From: Octopus vulgaris
Taxonomy: Eukaryota
Direction of reading: 5' to 3'
Length of the DNA: 64,000 bases
Assembly (NCBI GenBank): GCA_951406725.2
Contig: OX597819.1
Location: forward strand, 22,816,001 to 22,880,000
In this document: piece by piece, positions 41,284 to 57,010 of the stretch
Layout: each line of letters opens with the position of its first letter
How positions within the stretch are numbered: position 1 is the stretch's first letter
The notes under the pieces: generated by a model
Database searches by the model: none
What the model was told of the DNA's origin: nothing
The model's input: the letters and a program-made list of their open reading frames with translations, nothing else
Position numbers and translations under genes: made by a program

Positions 41284-41642
41284 TGATTGATTGATAGATT
41301 CAGTAGGGTTTTTAATACCACTTGCTAAAATCAGTGGCAACGCTCCAAAACCTCCAGAAACTCACCAGAAAGATACACACGAGCAATGCAAAGAACTTAT
41401 GAGAAATAGGCTTACCTTTGCGTTGAATACATCAGTAAGTAGTGTATTTAAATACTAATTGATTTCATCCTCTGTACGACCAACATACTCTGAGATCTTC
41501 AGTTGAAAATAACATTTTAACATCTATTTGTAAAATATTCATTAAATTAGCTCGTAGTGAATCTCAATTTAAATTATATCGTGCCTGTAAAAGTGTGAAT
41601 TTGCTAGCCACAGTAACAGTAATAATACGTCTTTATTGAAAG

Positions 41643-41756
<114 letters not shown>

Positions 41757-41956
41757 TTATGTATGCATGTATGTATGTATGTATGTATGTATGTATGTAT
41801 GTATGTATGTATGTATCTTCAACAGGATAGGTTAAAAATAAAAATGGTTTGTAGCGTTACATTAAATAGTAATGTTCTAAAATTCAAACAGAATCACAAG
41901 AAATGAATAAATGGAAAATTGATACACAAAGCGACCTGCTTACAGGTTCATTCCCA

Positions 41957-42002
<46 letters not shown>

Positions 42003-42351
42003 GTCTATCTATCTATCTGTCTGTCTGTCTGCTTCTATCTGTCTATCTATCTATGTTTCTGTCTGTCTGTCTGCTTCTATCTGTCTCTATCTATTTAGTT
42101 TTTGTAAGTTTTCTTAAACGACATTTAAGAAACAGAGATTTGCCATTTTCTTTCCATTTTGTAATAAGCATATATTTTTCTGAAGAAGCGTAGCCTTTAA
42201 AGACCATGTTAATATATATGTGTATGTTAGTGTACATACATATATACACGCATGCGTAGTCAATTCGAATAAACGGATGAAAGAAGAAAAGCAAGGAACG
42301 TGAGGGTGTGCGCCAGAAGTATATTTGCGTGACGCTCGGTGATAGGAGAGA

Positions 42352-42386
42352 GTTTAACGTTTCGAGCATTCCTCTTCGTCAGAGAG
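42352..42386 (-). ncRNA. Minimal HHR, intact core, weakened stem I (PLE-terminus remnant)
   Basis: ctct-CTGACGA-a-GAG-gaatg-CTC-GAAAC-GTT|aaac. Confidence 0.6.
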
Positions 42387-42529
42387 GAGAAAGTGAAAAG
42401 TTCAAAGAAGAAAACGAAATCGACAACGGATCACGTGTAGTTACATACATTAATACATGCATACATAAATACATACATACATACATACATACACACATAC
42501 ATACGTACATACATACTTATATACAAACA

Positions 42530-42563
<34 letters not shown>

Positions 42564-42572
42564 CATACATAT

Positions 42573-42603
<31 letters not shown>

Positions 42604-42934
42604 CATACATAGATACATACATCCATACATACATACATACATAATGCATACACACATACATACTTATATACAAACATACATACATACATACATACATACA
42701 TACATACATACATACATACATACATACATACATACATACATACATACATACATACATACATACATACATACATACATACATGGTGGAAGTCAGGTGGTGA
42801 TCGAATAAGACCCCTTCATAAATAAAGTTCATGCAAATGGTCCGAGATTTCAAGAAGTTCCTGGACGTGAATTTGTTTTGAATGGATAAAATGCTGCACA
42901 GCATTGAACCCGCTTTTCATCTCAATCAGCTATA

Positions 42935-43325
42935 ACAGCGGTGACCAAACATATATTGAGACGACTAGAAACCAACGGCATTTCAGGTCCTTTGCCCCTA
43001 CTGGTATACACAACATCATAAGCGGAAAGTGTAACCTCTCGAGAGAGCTGTTCTTCACTTCTGCTCCAGAGCGTCGGCTGCGGGGTCATTCCGAAAAGCT
43101 CTATCTGCGACGATTTCATCTCAATCGAAGAAGAGGGGCTTTCTCCGTCCAGGTTGCGGATCCGTGGAATAAGCTGCCGGACGAGATGGTGAAGATGCCG
43201 ACGACCGCTCGGTTCAAAGTCTCCCTTGACCACAAGTGGCCTGAACTCTTTACCTGAACACCACCCTGTACATAACTCCATGTCCCCCTACATGGTCTTG
43301 CTTTTTGCTTTTTGAGCCAAAGAAT

Positions 43326-43357
<32 letters not shown>
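42935..43357 (+). mobile_element. CR1-like LINE 3' end with (TAAC)n tail, inside a (CATA)n tract
   Basis: RLRGHSEKL...RRGAFSVQVADPWNKLPDEMV...FKVSLD resembles the CR1 ORF2 C-terminus; tail aactaactaact. Confidence 0.75.
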
Positions 43358-43494
43358 ACACTAGGTAACACATAGCTGCGACCCTAACAAGCACAACTAC
43401 AACAGGTCATAGTAGGCCTGGTAATGATAATGGATAAGAGGTGGTTCCACACTTCTCGGAACTGCGGAACTCACGTACCAAGGCCCCACTACTA

Positions 43495-43716
<222 letters not shown>

Positions 43717-43837
43717 TTAAAGGTGGCAGTTATTTGCTAAAGAATTCTAAATAAAATTATATCATGTATTGAACCAAAATATGCAACAATATATCCTCTA
43801 ATCAGGCCTGTTTCTATTTTGCATTTCTTTAATTCAG

Positions 43838-43977
43838 GATCAGGATTAAATTGCCCGAGTCTTCACACTCTACGAGTTGATTATAACAATTTGACTGAAA
43901 TTAAAAGTTCTCAGTTGGCTGGCTGTCCAAATTTACGCTCCTTAAACGTTTCCAGCAATAATTTGAAAATTTTGTCG
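43838..43977 (+). CDS. LRR protein exon (SGLNCPSLHTLRVDYNNLTEIKSSQLAGCPNLRSLNVSSNNLKILS), phase 1-0
   Basis: ttcag acceptor, gtgagt donor, two LRRs; phases match. Confidence 0.92.
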
Positions 43978-45014
43978 GTGAGTCAATTAGAATTTAAAAA
44001 AAAATTATAACTGATAGAATCGTTTGAGCGTCAATTATAATATGAATACCTTGCAGTAATTGTTACATCTCTCTTTACACTGAATTCAAATACCACCGAG
44101 GTCAGCTTTGCCTTTCATCCTTTAGAGCTTCATAAAATAAAGTGAAGTTCAAATACCGAGTCGATATTATTGACTGACACCTCTCCCCATATCTTTTGCA
44201 CTTGTGTCTACGTTAAAAACTATTTTAATTGATTAATAGAAATCGCTTGAGCATCGAATAGAATGCCCTAAAATATTTGATCCTGCTTTCTCTCCTCTTT
44301 GAGTTCGAATATCAATGAGATTAGTTTCGCCTTTCATCATTTCCAGATCAACAAGTAAGTTACCATCCAGTAATAGATTCGATTTTTTTGTCTGTTTTTC
44401 TTTTCTTTTTTTTTTTTTTGTTGAAATCTGATATGTAGCTGTCACACTGAGTCAAGCTGAGAATTGTGTTATAGGTAGATAATTTTTGTTGCATCTCAGA
44501 ATATCTTGTATCTGTGAAATTTTTGTTGCATCTCAGGAAGGCCAATACCCCAACAATAAACGCTATGCAATGATTCTGTTTCACTACTGCTTTATTTATT
44601 TATCAATTTCTTAAGTATTTAACCAATAATCTAATCGATTACTTAAGCAATCGCTCCATTAATCAATCAATGACAAATCTAACTGACTGAATTATTAATT
44701 AAACAATCAATTGGTTAATTGGCAAAATAGTTAGCTAAATCACACATAACTAATGAAAATGTGAAATAGACCCAGTGAGTGGGTTTCTCATAATGACCCC
44801 CAAAATACTACAAAAGGTGTTTCAACAGACGAGTTCACATCAAGAATGTTGCTAATACGAAAATGAAAAATGTCCATATATACTTCACAAGTATAAATTT
44901 ATGTTTAAACAAATGAATACTCATCGTGGAGACCGACTGAGAACCAAATCTAGTTCCCAGCATCAAATTTCTGGTGCCAGATTGTCATATGAAATTAAAA
45001 TATAAACAAAATGT

Positions 45015-45580
45015 TCTTTTCTACTCTAGGCACAAGGCCCGAAATGTTTGGGGAGGAGAGCCCAGTCGATTAGATCGACCCCAGTGCGTAACTAGTACTT
45101 AATTTATTGACACCAAAAGGATGAAAGGCAAAGTCGACCTCGGCGGAATTTGAACTTAGAACGTAACGGCAGTCGAAATACCTATTTCTTTACTACCCAC
45201 AAGGGGCTAAACACAGAAAGGACAAACAAGGACAGACAAACGGATTAAGTCGATTATATCGACCCCAGTGCGTAACTGGTACTTATTTAATCGACGCCGA
45301 AAGGATGAAAGGCAAAGTTGACCCCGAAAGGATGAAAGGCAAAGTCGACCTCGGCGGAATTTGAACTCCGAACCTAGCGGCAGTCGAAATACCTATTTCT
45401 TTACCACCTACAAGGGGCTAAACACAGAGAGAACAAACAAGGACAGACAAACGGATTAAGTCGATTATATCGACCCCAGTGCGTAACTGGTACTTATTTA
45501 ATCGACCCCGAAAGGATGAAAGGCAAAGCCGACCTCGGCGGAATTTGAACTGAGAACGTAACCGCAGACGAAATACCGCT
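45015..45580 (-). mobile_element. Tandem trimer of SINE family A
   Basis: Three head-to-tail units joined at ...aaagaaatag|gtatttcg. Confidence 0.8.
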
Positions 45581-45910
45581 TCGTTGACCGGGTTGAGAAA
45601 AAGGTACCTTTGTGTTCACTCAAGTTGCTAGAAATAGCAATCGTATCTCCCTGAATATAAAACACAAATTAGTTGATATAGTCTAGGGATGCTATTCATG
45701 AAGAGATGGTCACACTATAAATGTCTTTGGTTATAAATTATATCAATCTGAACCGATCTTACACTAACAAACTACAACACTTTCAGTATACAAAGAAAAA
45801 AATTCTTTATTTTACTTTTGTATTTACTTAAAGAAACTCTTATGTAGGATAAATCAGTGATACATATATATTCAATATTTTCTTTGGCGATGATATTTTT
45901 TTACCTACAG

Positions 45911-46069
45911 TTTGTAAAGGTTTTACCGGATTTAGAAGAACTTGCAGCTTCCGGCAATCAGCTATCAAATCTTTCTGATATTTCAACTTGTCTATGTTTG
46001 CGAGAACTTGATATTAGTGACAATCGACTGAGCGATATATCTGGCATAAGCGACTTGGCATCTTTACAG
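45911..46069 (+). CDS. LRR protein exon (FVKVLPDLEELAASGNQLSNLSDISTCLCLRELDISDNRLSDISGISDLASLQ), phase 0-0
   Basis: ttacctacag acceptor, gtaaat donor, two LRRs. Confidence 0.92.
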
Positions 46070-46819
46070 GTAAATTCATTTACATTGCTAATTATACTTA
46101 CTACAGCAACCTGTGTATCATACTTCATGTAAATATATCACTGGCTGCAGTATTCATCTGGAGATGAAACCTTTTATGGACGTACTCTGTTAAACAACGC
46201 AAAAATATATCAGTAACACACGTAAATCGTCGTCCAACGCATTTCTACCAACTGGATCTTTGTCAGCAGCATTTGCCTACTGACATGCTATGTAAAATCC
46301 TTTTCTAATCTAATACTGCTTCTTTTACACATAACAAATTAATATTTACAACTTTTATGTATCAGAAAATTTCAAGAATTCATTCTTTTTTCTCCCCATA
46401 CAATTCTTTTCTTTTTCTTTTTTCGTTTTTTTCATTTCTTTGATTTTCTTGCTTTCTCTTCTACTTACGGCAGAATCAGTACAGTAACAAAGTGTCTTGG
46501 GACATTTAACTTTTATTTCTATCAATCTACAGTCCACACTGTAAAGTGGCTGGCATTTGGAAGGGCACTTAACTGTAAAAATCATGCCAAAACTAACCTC
46601 GCTTGTGCTAGTGCCACGTAAAAAGCACTGAGTCCACCTGCAGACTGGTTGGTGACAAGAAGGGCATCCAGCCGTAAAAACCCGCCAAAACAGATACAGT
46701 AGCTGGCGGTAGTCATCTACCTGGCTTCCCCCTCTCAACCGTCCTACCCCTGTATGTATGGAAGACGGGCGTTAAATGATGATGTTGAGGAGGAGGAGGA
46801 GGGGGAGGAGGAGGAGGTC

Positions 46820-46866
<47 letters not shown>

Positions 46867-47975
46867 CGGCGGTGGCAGTGGCGGTGGCGGCGGCGGTGGT
46901 GGTGGTAGTGGTGATGATATATGCTTGGTTACAAGGGGTTAACGGTGTAAGATAAAGTATTAAGAAAAATGGGTTGCGATTATACTTTCATCAATATTTA
47001 TATGTAAAACTTACAATTGAAATTATTGATTATAATTACAAATTTTAAAAATGCAATAAGTGGCTGATAGAATTCACGTCACGTATACCATAATGTTCGG
47101 ACTGGAAGTTGCTGTTCATTATATTAAAATAAGGTTTCATTTAATTAGTAACCAAACTAATCTTCTCTTCAATTATATAGAAGTAGTTCTTATGAAAATG
47201 TTTATAACTATTGTATTCCAGCTACACTCGTAAGTATCTCATTGCTATAATTTTAAGCCAGGTTTTAAAATGTTCCTTATTGGAATGTCTTATTCTTATG
47301 TGTGAAAGTTCTTTGAAAAAACTGTAATGTGAAAAACAGTGTCATACGCATTTATGGTATTCACAGCTTTTTCCCCTTTCCGTGTAATGTAAGTGAAGTA
47401 TCAATATGTTTGACTTCTAAATTGTAAAGAACGATGCAAAGCAGCTATAGTGGCCGTGACGCTGAAATATCACCTGCCGAGAAAAGTTTGCTAGCCAAAG
47501 AAAAGAATATTGCTAATCGAAAATTCTTCGGAGAATTCAGCCCCGCTGTGAATACCAAGAAACAAGACAACGAATAATTAGAAGAAATATTCCATATTCA
47601 GCAATCTTTAGGAGGGGGGGTTCCAGAGACAACAAACAATGATAACAACGACAAAATGTGTTGAGAAAAGACAAAAATATTTTTTAAAAAAACAGCAACA
47701 ACGGTATTATTACCAATGTTTGCTCCAACATTTCCCACCACTTTGCCACTACGACAAAAAATCAATACGTTTTTCACTTCTTCCACTGCCACACTTAGAA
47801 TGACCTTCACAATCACACGCAGCAAAACACAGCCGCTACGAAAGAAGCTGTGTCAACTGATCTACAAATGCCATCGTCTTTTCCAGGATCGGCAAAAATT
47901 TAAACAAATATTTCTGAAGGAACAAACGAATTAAAATGCACTAGAACAAAAAATACATTAGCAATTTACTACTAC

Positions 47976-48017
<42 letters not shown>

Positions 48018-48064
48018 AAATAATAATAATAATAATAATAACAACAATAATAATAATAATAATA

Positions 48065-48124
<60 letters not shown>

Positions 48125-48583
48125 TGGCATAAAAGATGGCCTACATTAAATATTCTAATCAATACCACAGATTTGCTTGTCAGTTGTTTGACCTTAACCG
48201 GTTGATGATGTCCCTCAGTGGCTGACGATATGTATATCTCTGATCACGGGTAGAAGTAGTGGGGGAGCATCATAGCCATGTGTTGAGAGGAATTCTTTGG
48301 GGTTTGGATAATTCACCTCAGGAAACATGGGTGTTTTGTTCAACATCCTTAAACAACTTTTATTCAGGGACCCTTTGAGCGGGATGGGCTACATGACCTG
48401 AAGAAAATTCTAACTGTGCCCTACCTGCAAGGTCATGTGATGTTTATCTTAATATGAGACTACAATGTCGTGCACCTATGGTTGTGATACATGTGCCTGG
48501 TGTACCCTTATCAGACAGGTAGTCATGATGGGTATACTGGGCTTCGTATATTCACTTTGATGGCATGCACTGATCTCACATTC
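48125..48583 (+). mobile_element. Non-coding element embedded in (TAA)n, copy 1 (truncated at its left end)
   Basis: Homologous to 48641-49186; bounded by (TAA)n on both sides. Strand is assumed. Confidence 0.7.
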
Positions 48584-48640
<57 letters not shown>

Positions 48641-48641
<1 letters not shown>

Positions 48642-49185
48642 CTGTACCAGGCAGTGGCTCTCGTGGCTTCTGATCTTAACTGATTGGAAGTCTTATCATG
48701 TATATTGTTTTGTCTTGGTATAAAAGATGGGCTACAGCAAATATTCTGCTCAATAAACATATTTGATTGTCAGTTGTTTGACCTTAACCAGTTGGGCATG
48801 TCCCTCAGTGGCTGACGATATGTGCATCTCTGATCACGAGCAGATGTAGTGGGGGAGCATCATAGCCATGTGTTGAGAGGGATTCTTTGAGGTTTGAATA
48901 ATTCACCTCTGGAAACATGGGTGTTTCGTTGAACATCCTTAAACAATCCTTATTCAGGGACCTTTCGAGCAGGATGGGTTATTCGACCAGAAAAAAAATT
49001 CCAATCGGGACCTACCTGCAAGGTCATGCGCTGTTTATCTTGATATGAGATCACCATGTCGCGCACATATGGTTGAGATGCATGTGCCAAGTGTACCCTT
49101 ATCAGACGGGTAGTCATGATGGGTATATTGGGCTTCGTATATTTTACCCCGTGTGTCACTTTGATGGCATGCACTGCTCTGTCAC

Positions 49186-49186
<1 letters not shown>
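48641..49186 (+). mobile_element. Non-coding element embedded in (TAA)n, copy 2
   Basis: Approx. 545 bp, diverged copy of 48125-48583, (TAA)n flanks. Strand is assumed. Confidence 0.7.
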
Positions 49187-49253
<67 letters not shown>

Positions 49254-49822
49254 GCGGCGCTATGAGCAATGCTTACATGTAGTGAACCCTAAACTGACAG
49301 ATCCATCTCCTAATATAAGAATGGATGCTCGTCATGCTTCAAGGTCAACAAATCAAACAATAAACCGCATTGGTCATTGCGCGGATTACAAAAGACCACG
49401 TACCCGAAAATTGAACCAAATCCCGATTGAAAAATCAGTTACTGGATCAAATCTTCCCAACACACAGGAGCTGGACGAACCCCACAACCGGAATATTCCA
49501 ACAGATGGCCATCCATGCTCATCACCAAATAATCAAAAGAAAAAGAAAGAAAAATGGTCTAGGGAAGATAATAAAGAAGTTCTTGAGGCCTTCTACCATG
49601 CCATATATTTCCCCACAGATAAGTCTAGCACTGTACAAGCATAAAAAAAAAAATAAAAAAAACTTTTTTTTTTAGACATTCATTAATACAACATCCCCAC
49701 CCCCCAAATATATGGCACACTAGGCATAACAACAACATGAACTTCCAACCCTGTTGTCTCTTGAGGTCTCTGGGTGAGACTTGGAGCCAACTTGTACAAA
49801 TATAAAGCAAAAGTCAAACATA

Positions 49823-49870
<48 letters not shown>

Positions 49871-50847
49871 ATGAAGAGAGCAAATGGAGAAAGGGCACTG
49901 ATAAATGTGGAAGACTGTGTGAATATCGAATGCGAGAGCTATATGAGATACCTGACCCAAAGTAAGGAAACCTTGCTAGTGACAGTTAGAGACGAGGGAG
50001 CATTGAGAGCAGAGGAAAAAAGGAAAAAAAAAAAAGAAGAAGTACAGAAGGGACATGAAGAAGGGACTATACAATCAATTCCATGTAGCCACAACAGAAG
50101 TTTCTGAAGAAATAGGTGGAATTGGCTGATGAAAGTATTCCAAAAAAAGAGACCGAGAGCACTATACTGGCCGCGCAAGACCAAGCTTTGATCACGAACT
50201 GCAGGGTCCACCTTGGGAATGAGCAAGTGACTCCGTTGTGCGGTATCTGCAGTAGAATGGATGAAAGCATTGCCCATATCACGAACGAATGCCCTAGACT
50301 TGCCCATAACCACTACAAGTTGTGGCGACACGACCAGTTAACGAAAGTGCTACAGTAGAAACAGAGCGAAAATCACAGAGTGTAAGAGTTGGAGACTAAG
50401 CAAAATCCTCTGGGATTTCCCAATGCAAACAGATCAGATGGTAGAGCATAACAGACCGGACCTAACAGTGGTGGACAAGGTGCACCACATATGCTATAGA
50501 GTTAACGTTGCATGTCTCTTTCATCCACGAATAACCAAGAAGTGAGGTGAAAAGGTAGATAGACAGAGAGACAGACAGACATTCACAACCCTCTTATGTA
50601 CGAAATAGCCCGGCTATGGAAAATGAACAAGATGAAGATAGTGCCAATTATTGCTGGGAAGAGTATCAGAAGGCATCAAGTGGAATATAAAGGAAATTGG
50701 AACAGGGTGCCGAGTAGAAATATTAAAATAAGGTTTGCCTCCTTGGCACAGCCAGAATAATCAGGAAAGCATTAGCTGAAAAGAACGAATGCATGTAGTA
50801 AGTCCGCTACGCATGCAAGACCCCCAACAAAACCTACGAGAAAGAGA

Positions 50848-50848
<1 letters not shown>
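49254..50848 (+). mobile_element. Dong/R4-clade (restriction-like endonuclease) LINE fragments in (TAA)n
   Basis: N-terminal KWSREDNKEVLEAFY; C-terminal KETESTILAAQDQAL..CGIC....ESIAHITNECP.LA...Y..RHD (CCHC + RHD) and ILWDFPMQTD....HNRPDLTVVDK (PD nuclease motif). A further 3' end LQKTELLGTAQILR lies at approx. 50911-51095. Confidence 0.8.
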
Positions 50849-50911
<63 letters not shown>

Positions 50912-51094
50912 TGTTAGTACATGGAACAAATAGGGGTTGTAATAAGGGTGAAGCACTTACAGAAAACAGAACTGCTTGGAACCGCACAAATACTCCGGAT
51001 GGTGCTCCAAAAATATGGGGTGTTACCTTAGTTCACTGGCAGTGAACAGCTGGCACCGTAGTACATCTCCAGCGTTAGAAGCTGTGCAAAGACA

Positions 51095-51333
<239 letters not shown>

Positions 51334-51414
51334 CGCTACTACTACAACTTCTGCTGCTATACTTTTCCTGAAGAATGCTTCATTGATTAATCTCCACTGG
51401 AATCTATTTCACAG

Positions 51415-51470
51415 ACTTTAAATTTATCTGGGAATAGTTTGAAAGACATCAAGAATGCAGGAAAACATCC
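51415..51470 (+). CDS. LRR protein exon (TLNLSGNSLKDIKNAGKH[P]), phase 0-2
   Basis: tttcacag acceptor, gtaagt donor, LRR motif; phases match. Confidence 0.9.
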
Positions 51471-51634
51471 GTAAGTACGATGCTTTCAGTTTTCAAACTT
51501 GGTGAAGCTAGGATCGCAGTTTTCACTTTTACATTCTTTCTTCATTGTAACAACTTATGAGTGCAAATGCGCTCATGAAGTTTAAGATGAGTGATATATG
51601 TATGCATGTATGTGTATATATGTGATACATCAAC

Positions 51635-51685
<51 letters not shown>

Positions 51686-51792
51686 TGTGTGTGTGTGTGT
51701 AGAGGGTTGAAAAGGAACACACGAGTTGATATATATGGAAAAAAGAGTCAAGGTAGAAAATGCTGAAATAATTTTATAAAAAAAAAACGTTT

Positions 51793-51828
51793 CAGTACCG
51801 GTTTCAGTCATTCAGACTTTTTCAACTG
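51793..51828 (-). ncRNA. Minimal HHR with U3-A8 core variant, in fold-back element 51751-51950
   Basis: cag-TTGAAAA-AGTC-tgaat-GACT-GAAA-CCGG-TA|ctg. The opposite arm has a damaged copy (TTCAAAA). A relative lies at approx. 12300-12480. Confidence 0.6.
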
Positions 51829-51962
51829 TAAGTATGGAAAACAATTTTTCGAAAATTTAATTGTTTTCCATATTTAGAGTTCAAAATGTCTCAATGACTG
51901 AAACCGGTACTGAAATGATTTTTATAAAACTGTTTTAGCATTTTCTACCTCCACTCAGTTTT

Positions 51963-52048
<86 letters not shown>

Positions 52049-52503
52049 TTAGAGACAAAACCACTATTATGCAAATCAAACAAAGAAAGACTTAATCCAA
52101 TACATAAAAAATTTTATATAAATTAAATAAAATTAATATTATATAATATTTTACTATAAAATTGGATTCAATCCTAAACCTGATTTTTCCCTGTAAATTT
52201 GGATTTATTCCCTAATATTTATTATTATATATATATATATTTGCTTTAAAATAGGATAAAATCTTTATAAGACTTTATCAAGTAGTTAGCGTGAAAACCT
52301 CATAAGGGGAAAATTTATAATTATTCTCTTTAAATACATATATTTATATTAAGGGCATACACGTAAATGTCTCACGCTATTAGGAACTCTTCAAGTCAAA
52401 ACAATACCATAATAAATACACAGTGTGCCGAACGCGAGGGAATGCAACCTTTGGAGCCAACCCTTAAATAATATATATATATATATATATATATAATTTT
52501 AAA

Positions 52504-52551
<48 letters not shown>

Positions 52552-52771
52552 TTTCAAATTTTAGTAAAATGCCAGAAATTTCAAAGGAGCGTGTAAAGCG
52601 ATTACACTGACCTCAGTGCTCAACATAAATGTATTGTTTCGACCCCGAAGGGATGAAAAGCAAAGTAGACCTCGGTGAAATTTCAACTCAGTCCGTAAAG
52701 AGGGATTAAATGCTGCTAAGTATTTTTCCCAGCATGCTAACGATTCTGCCAGCTCGTCGCCTTATATATAG

Positions 52772-52818
<47 letters not shown>

Positions 52819-52821
<3 letters not shown>

Positions 52822-54899
52822 GGAGTGGCCATGGGAACGCGAATGGGCCCCAACTATGCGAACATGTTCGTTGGCTACGTTGAGGCCCAAATATTCTCTA
52901 GTTTCACTGGTCCCACTCCCGAACTATACGGTCGTTACATTGACGACATTATCGGTGCCACCTCACTCACCCGCGAACATCTAGACTCCTTCCTCTCTTT
53001 CGTTCAATCCTTCCATCCTGCCCTCCACTTCACCTGCACTACCTCCAACACCTCTGTCTCCTTCCTCGACATTTCGGTCAGCATTCATCACTCTACTCTT
53101 ACCACCTCCATTCACTACAAACACACAGACTCACACTCATACCTAAACTTCTCTTCCTCCCACCCCAAACACACCAAGCTTTCCATCCCCTATTCCCAAT
53201 TCCTCTGTCTACGTAGACTCTGTAGTGACGACCATGACTTTGAGACTCAGTCTCAACTCATGGCTCGCCACTTCATCCTACGTGGATACCCCCTCACCAC
53301 TATCCACACCGCCCTTGCCAGAGCACGTTCCGTAGACCGTGCATCTGCTCTCTACCCCGAACCCGCCCTAAAGTATCCCGCCTCCCTTTTCACCTCACTT
53401 ACCACCCTACCTTACCAACGCACCTTTCTTCGACCTTTCCGGCATCTCCAGTCCGACCCGTCCACTTCAAACCTCTTCCCTAACCGACCCCTCCCCTCCT
53501 TCAAACGAGCCCATAACCTACGAGACCTCTTGGTCTACAGCTTCTTCCCTGACCCTACCTCCCAGCCTGGCTCGTTCCCCTGCTCCCGCTCACGTTGCCG
53601 TACTTGCCCTTACCTCTCCAAACCACCCTCCTCACCGGTACCCATCACCGACCCTATCGCATCATCGACTCCTTCACCTGCACCTCCAACAATATCATCT
53701 ATTGCATCTCCTGCTCTCTCTGCCATTCCCTGTACATCGGACAAACGGGGCGCCGCTTGGCTGACCGGTTCGCGGAACACCTCCGAGACATCCGACGCGC
53801 CAATGACACCAGTCTCATGCCATTTCTGCTCCACCGATCACTCCTTGCAACCCCTGTCTGTGTTCGGATTGTCCTTGCACAGAAGCCATCCGGATTCCCG
53901 CTTGCGCCGTGAATAGAGATTAATCTTCTCTCTTTGCTCTTTTACGCCTTTTGGCTCAACTCTCCCCCCTTTTCATCTAACCTCCACCCGACTCCTACTT
54001 CTCTTCAGTCCTTCATCTTTTCACCCCTACTCTCTTTCCCTTCTTCCCTTCTTTCCCTCCTTCCCCTTCTTCCCTCTTCTTTCTTCTTTCCTCTTCCCTC
54101 TTCCCCTTCTCTCTTTCTCTCTGCTCCCTCACTCCTCTTCTCTCCCCCTCACCTCCTCCTCCTCTCCCTACCACCCCTCCTTTCCCCCTTCTCCTCCTCT
54201 CCACCTCCTTCTCCTCCTTCCTCCTCCTCTCCTTTCTCCTCTCCTTCCTCCTCCTCCTCTCTCCCCTCACCCCTCATCTCCTCTCTCCCCTCCCCTCCTC
54301 TCTCGTCTCCCCCTCTCACTGTCCCCACATCTTCCATGCTACCCCAACCCCCATCCGAACCCACAACCCACATGGCTTTCCCCACTCTCGCCCCACCTCC
54401 CCACAACATCACACCACACTACACTACACCATACGACTTTACACATCACATCACAACACACCACCCACAGCACACCGCCCACATTACACATCACATCACA
54501 ACACACCACCCACACATACATACATACACACGTCCAGACCACCAGCCCTCTTTCACACGCACATACATACTCTCTTATACACACACGCACCTTCGTGTTG
54601 GGGCCACCTTCGTTTTGGGAGTCATTTGACCCTGTTATCTCCCCTACTATCCCTCTAGCGTCTAACGTCTGACCTCTGACCTCTGACTTCTGCCTGAAGT
54701 CAGAACGCCATGATAGACCGTTAGCTCCTACAGGCATTTTTTCCTTCCTTGTTTCTTTTCTGTGTATCTTTCTGTCCAAGAGCGTAGGCTCGAAACGTAA
54801 AAGACTTGTTCTATTTCTATTCCTGAGCGCCATACTAATACATTTGTTTTTTTTGTACTCCACCTGCCTTCGTCTTTGTTTATTTTCCTAATCCTTCCC

Positions 54900-54900
<1 letters not shown>
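52819..54900 (+). mobile_element. 5'-truncated Penelope-like retroelement (RT + GIY-YIG endonuclease, 3' HHR-type terminus)
   Basis: GVAMGTRMGPNYAN..., RYIDD and VSFLD RT motifs; CSRSRCRTC; frameshifted IIYCISCSLCHSLYIGQTGRRLADRFAEH (GIY-YIG). Flanked by (TA)n. Confidence 0.9.
54767..54804 (+). ncRNA. HHR-like motif at the PLE 3' end (core degenerate, CTGTCCA)
   Basis: tcttt-CTGTCCA-a-GAGC-gtag-GCTC-GAAAC-GTA|aaaga. Stems intact; A6 and G8 altered. Confidence 0.55.
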
Positions 54901-54937
<37 letters not shown>

Positions 54938-55290
54938 CCTTCGAAACGTAGAGTAGATGAAACCTTAGTGACTGAAGAAGGGTTTTTTTCTTTGTGTTAA
55001 TTGTCCTGTACTCCATTTTTTTTGTTGTTTTTAAAAAAATGTCCAGTTCCTTTGGTTTGTGTCTATGTTTTCGTTTCTCTTTGTGTTCGACGTCCCTTTG
55101 GTGTCCTGTACTCATATTGTACTCATATATGCGTGTATATGTACATGTAGAGGTAGGTACGTACATATATGTTTAAGTCGTTGTCTAGATATAATAATTT
55201 TTTATTAATATATATATATATATATATATAATTTGCCGTATCTTGTAGTTTTAGCTTTCGAACTCTTCACCAATAGAATAGGAGTTAGTA

Positions 55291-55450
55291 TATACGAAGG
55301 TGTTCAATAAAGATTTATCCTGACCCACTTCCAAACGAAACTTGGTATAATTATTAGCTATTCTCTACATAGCCACCACCAATGGTGACATACTTTTCCC
55401 ATCACTTTATGCATCTGTGAAGACCTCGTCTCTAGAAGTCGGTAGGTTGC
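55291..55450 (-). mobile_element. Mariner 3' end remnant
   Basis: Minus-strand translation WEKYVTIGGGYVE resembles a mariner transposase C-terminus, followed by a TIR-like end. Confidence 0.5.
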
Positions 55451-55806
55451 GTCTGCATCTACGTAGGCTGCGTCTGTGTCTTCAAAACGGAACTAGACCT
55501 CTTACTGTCAAGTGTCCCAGATGAACGAACTTCACGGCATGAAATGCAGCGGCATCAAACTCCCTCATGAAACAAACGTCAATTTCTAAAAAAGGACAGT
55601 GAAGTAAAATTATGTAGCAACATCAAATGGCAGTGCCCTAGTATGGCCACAGCTCATGAGCTGAAACTAGATCAAATCAAATCAAATCAAACATATATAT
55701 ATATGGAATAAAAATCAGTAACTAAGATATACAAGTGTCAATTCATCTTCACATAGCTGGTTTACGTTGCCTGTACACACGGCAGGAATATCAAGTACAA
55801 AAACCC

Positions 55807-56991
<1,185 letters not shown>

Positions 56992-57010
56992 TATATATAT
57001 ATATAAACAC

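Noticed and set aside
46754-46942. Acidic/Gly-rich ORF
   Set aside because: It is a (GAG)(GAT)(GGT) trinucleotide expansion at the tail of a repeat.
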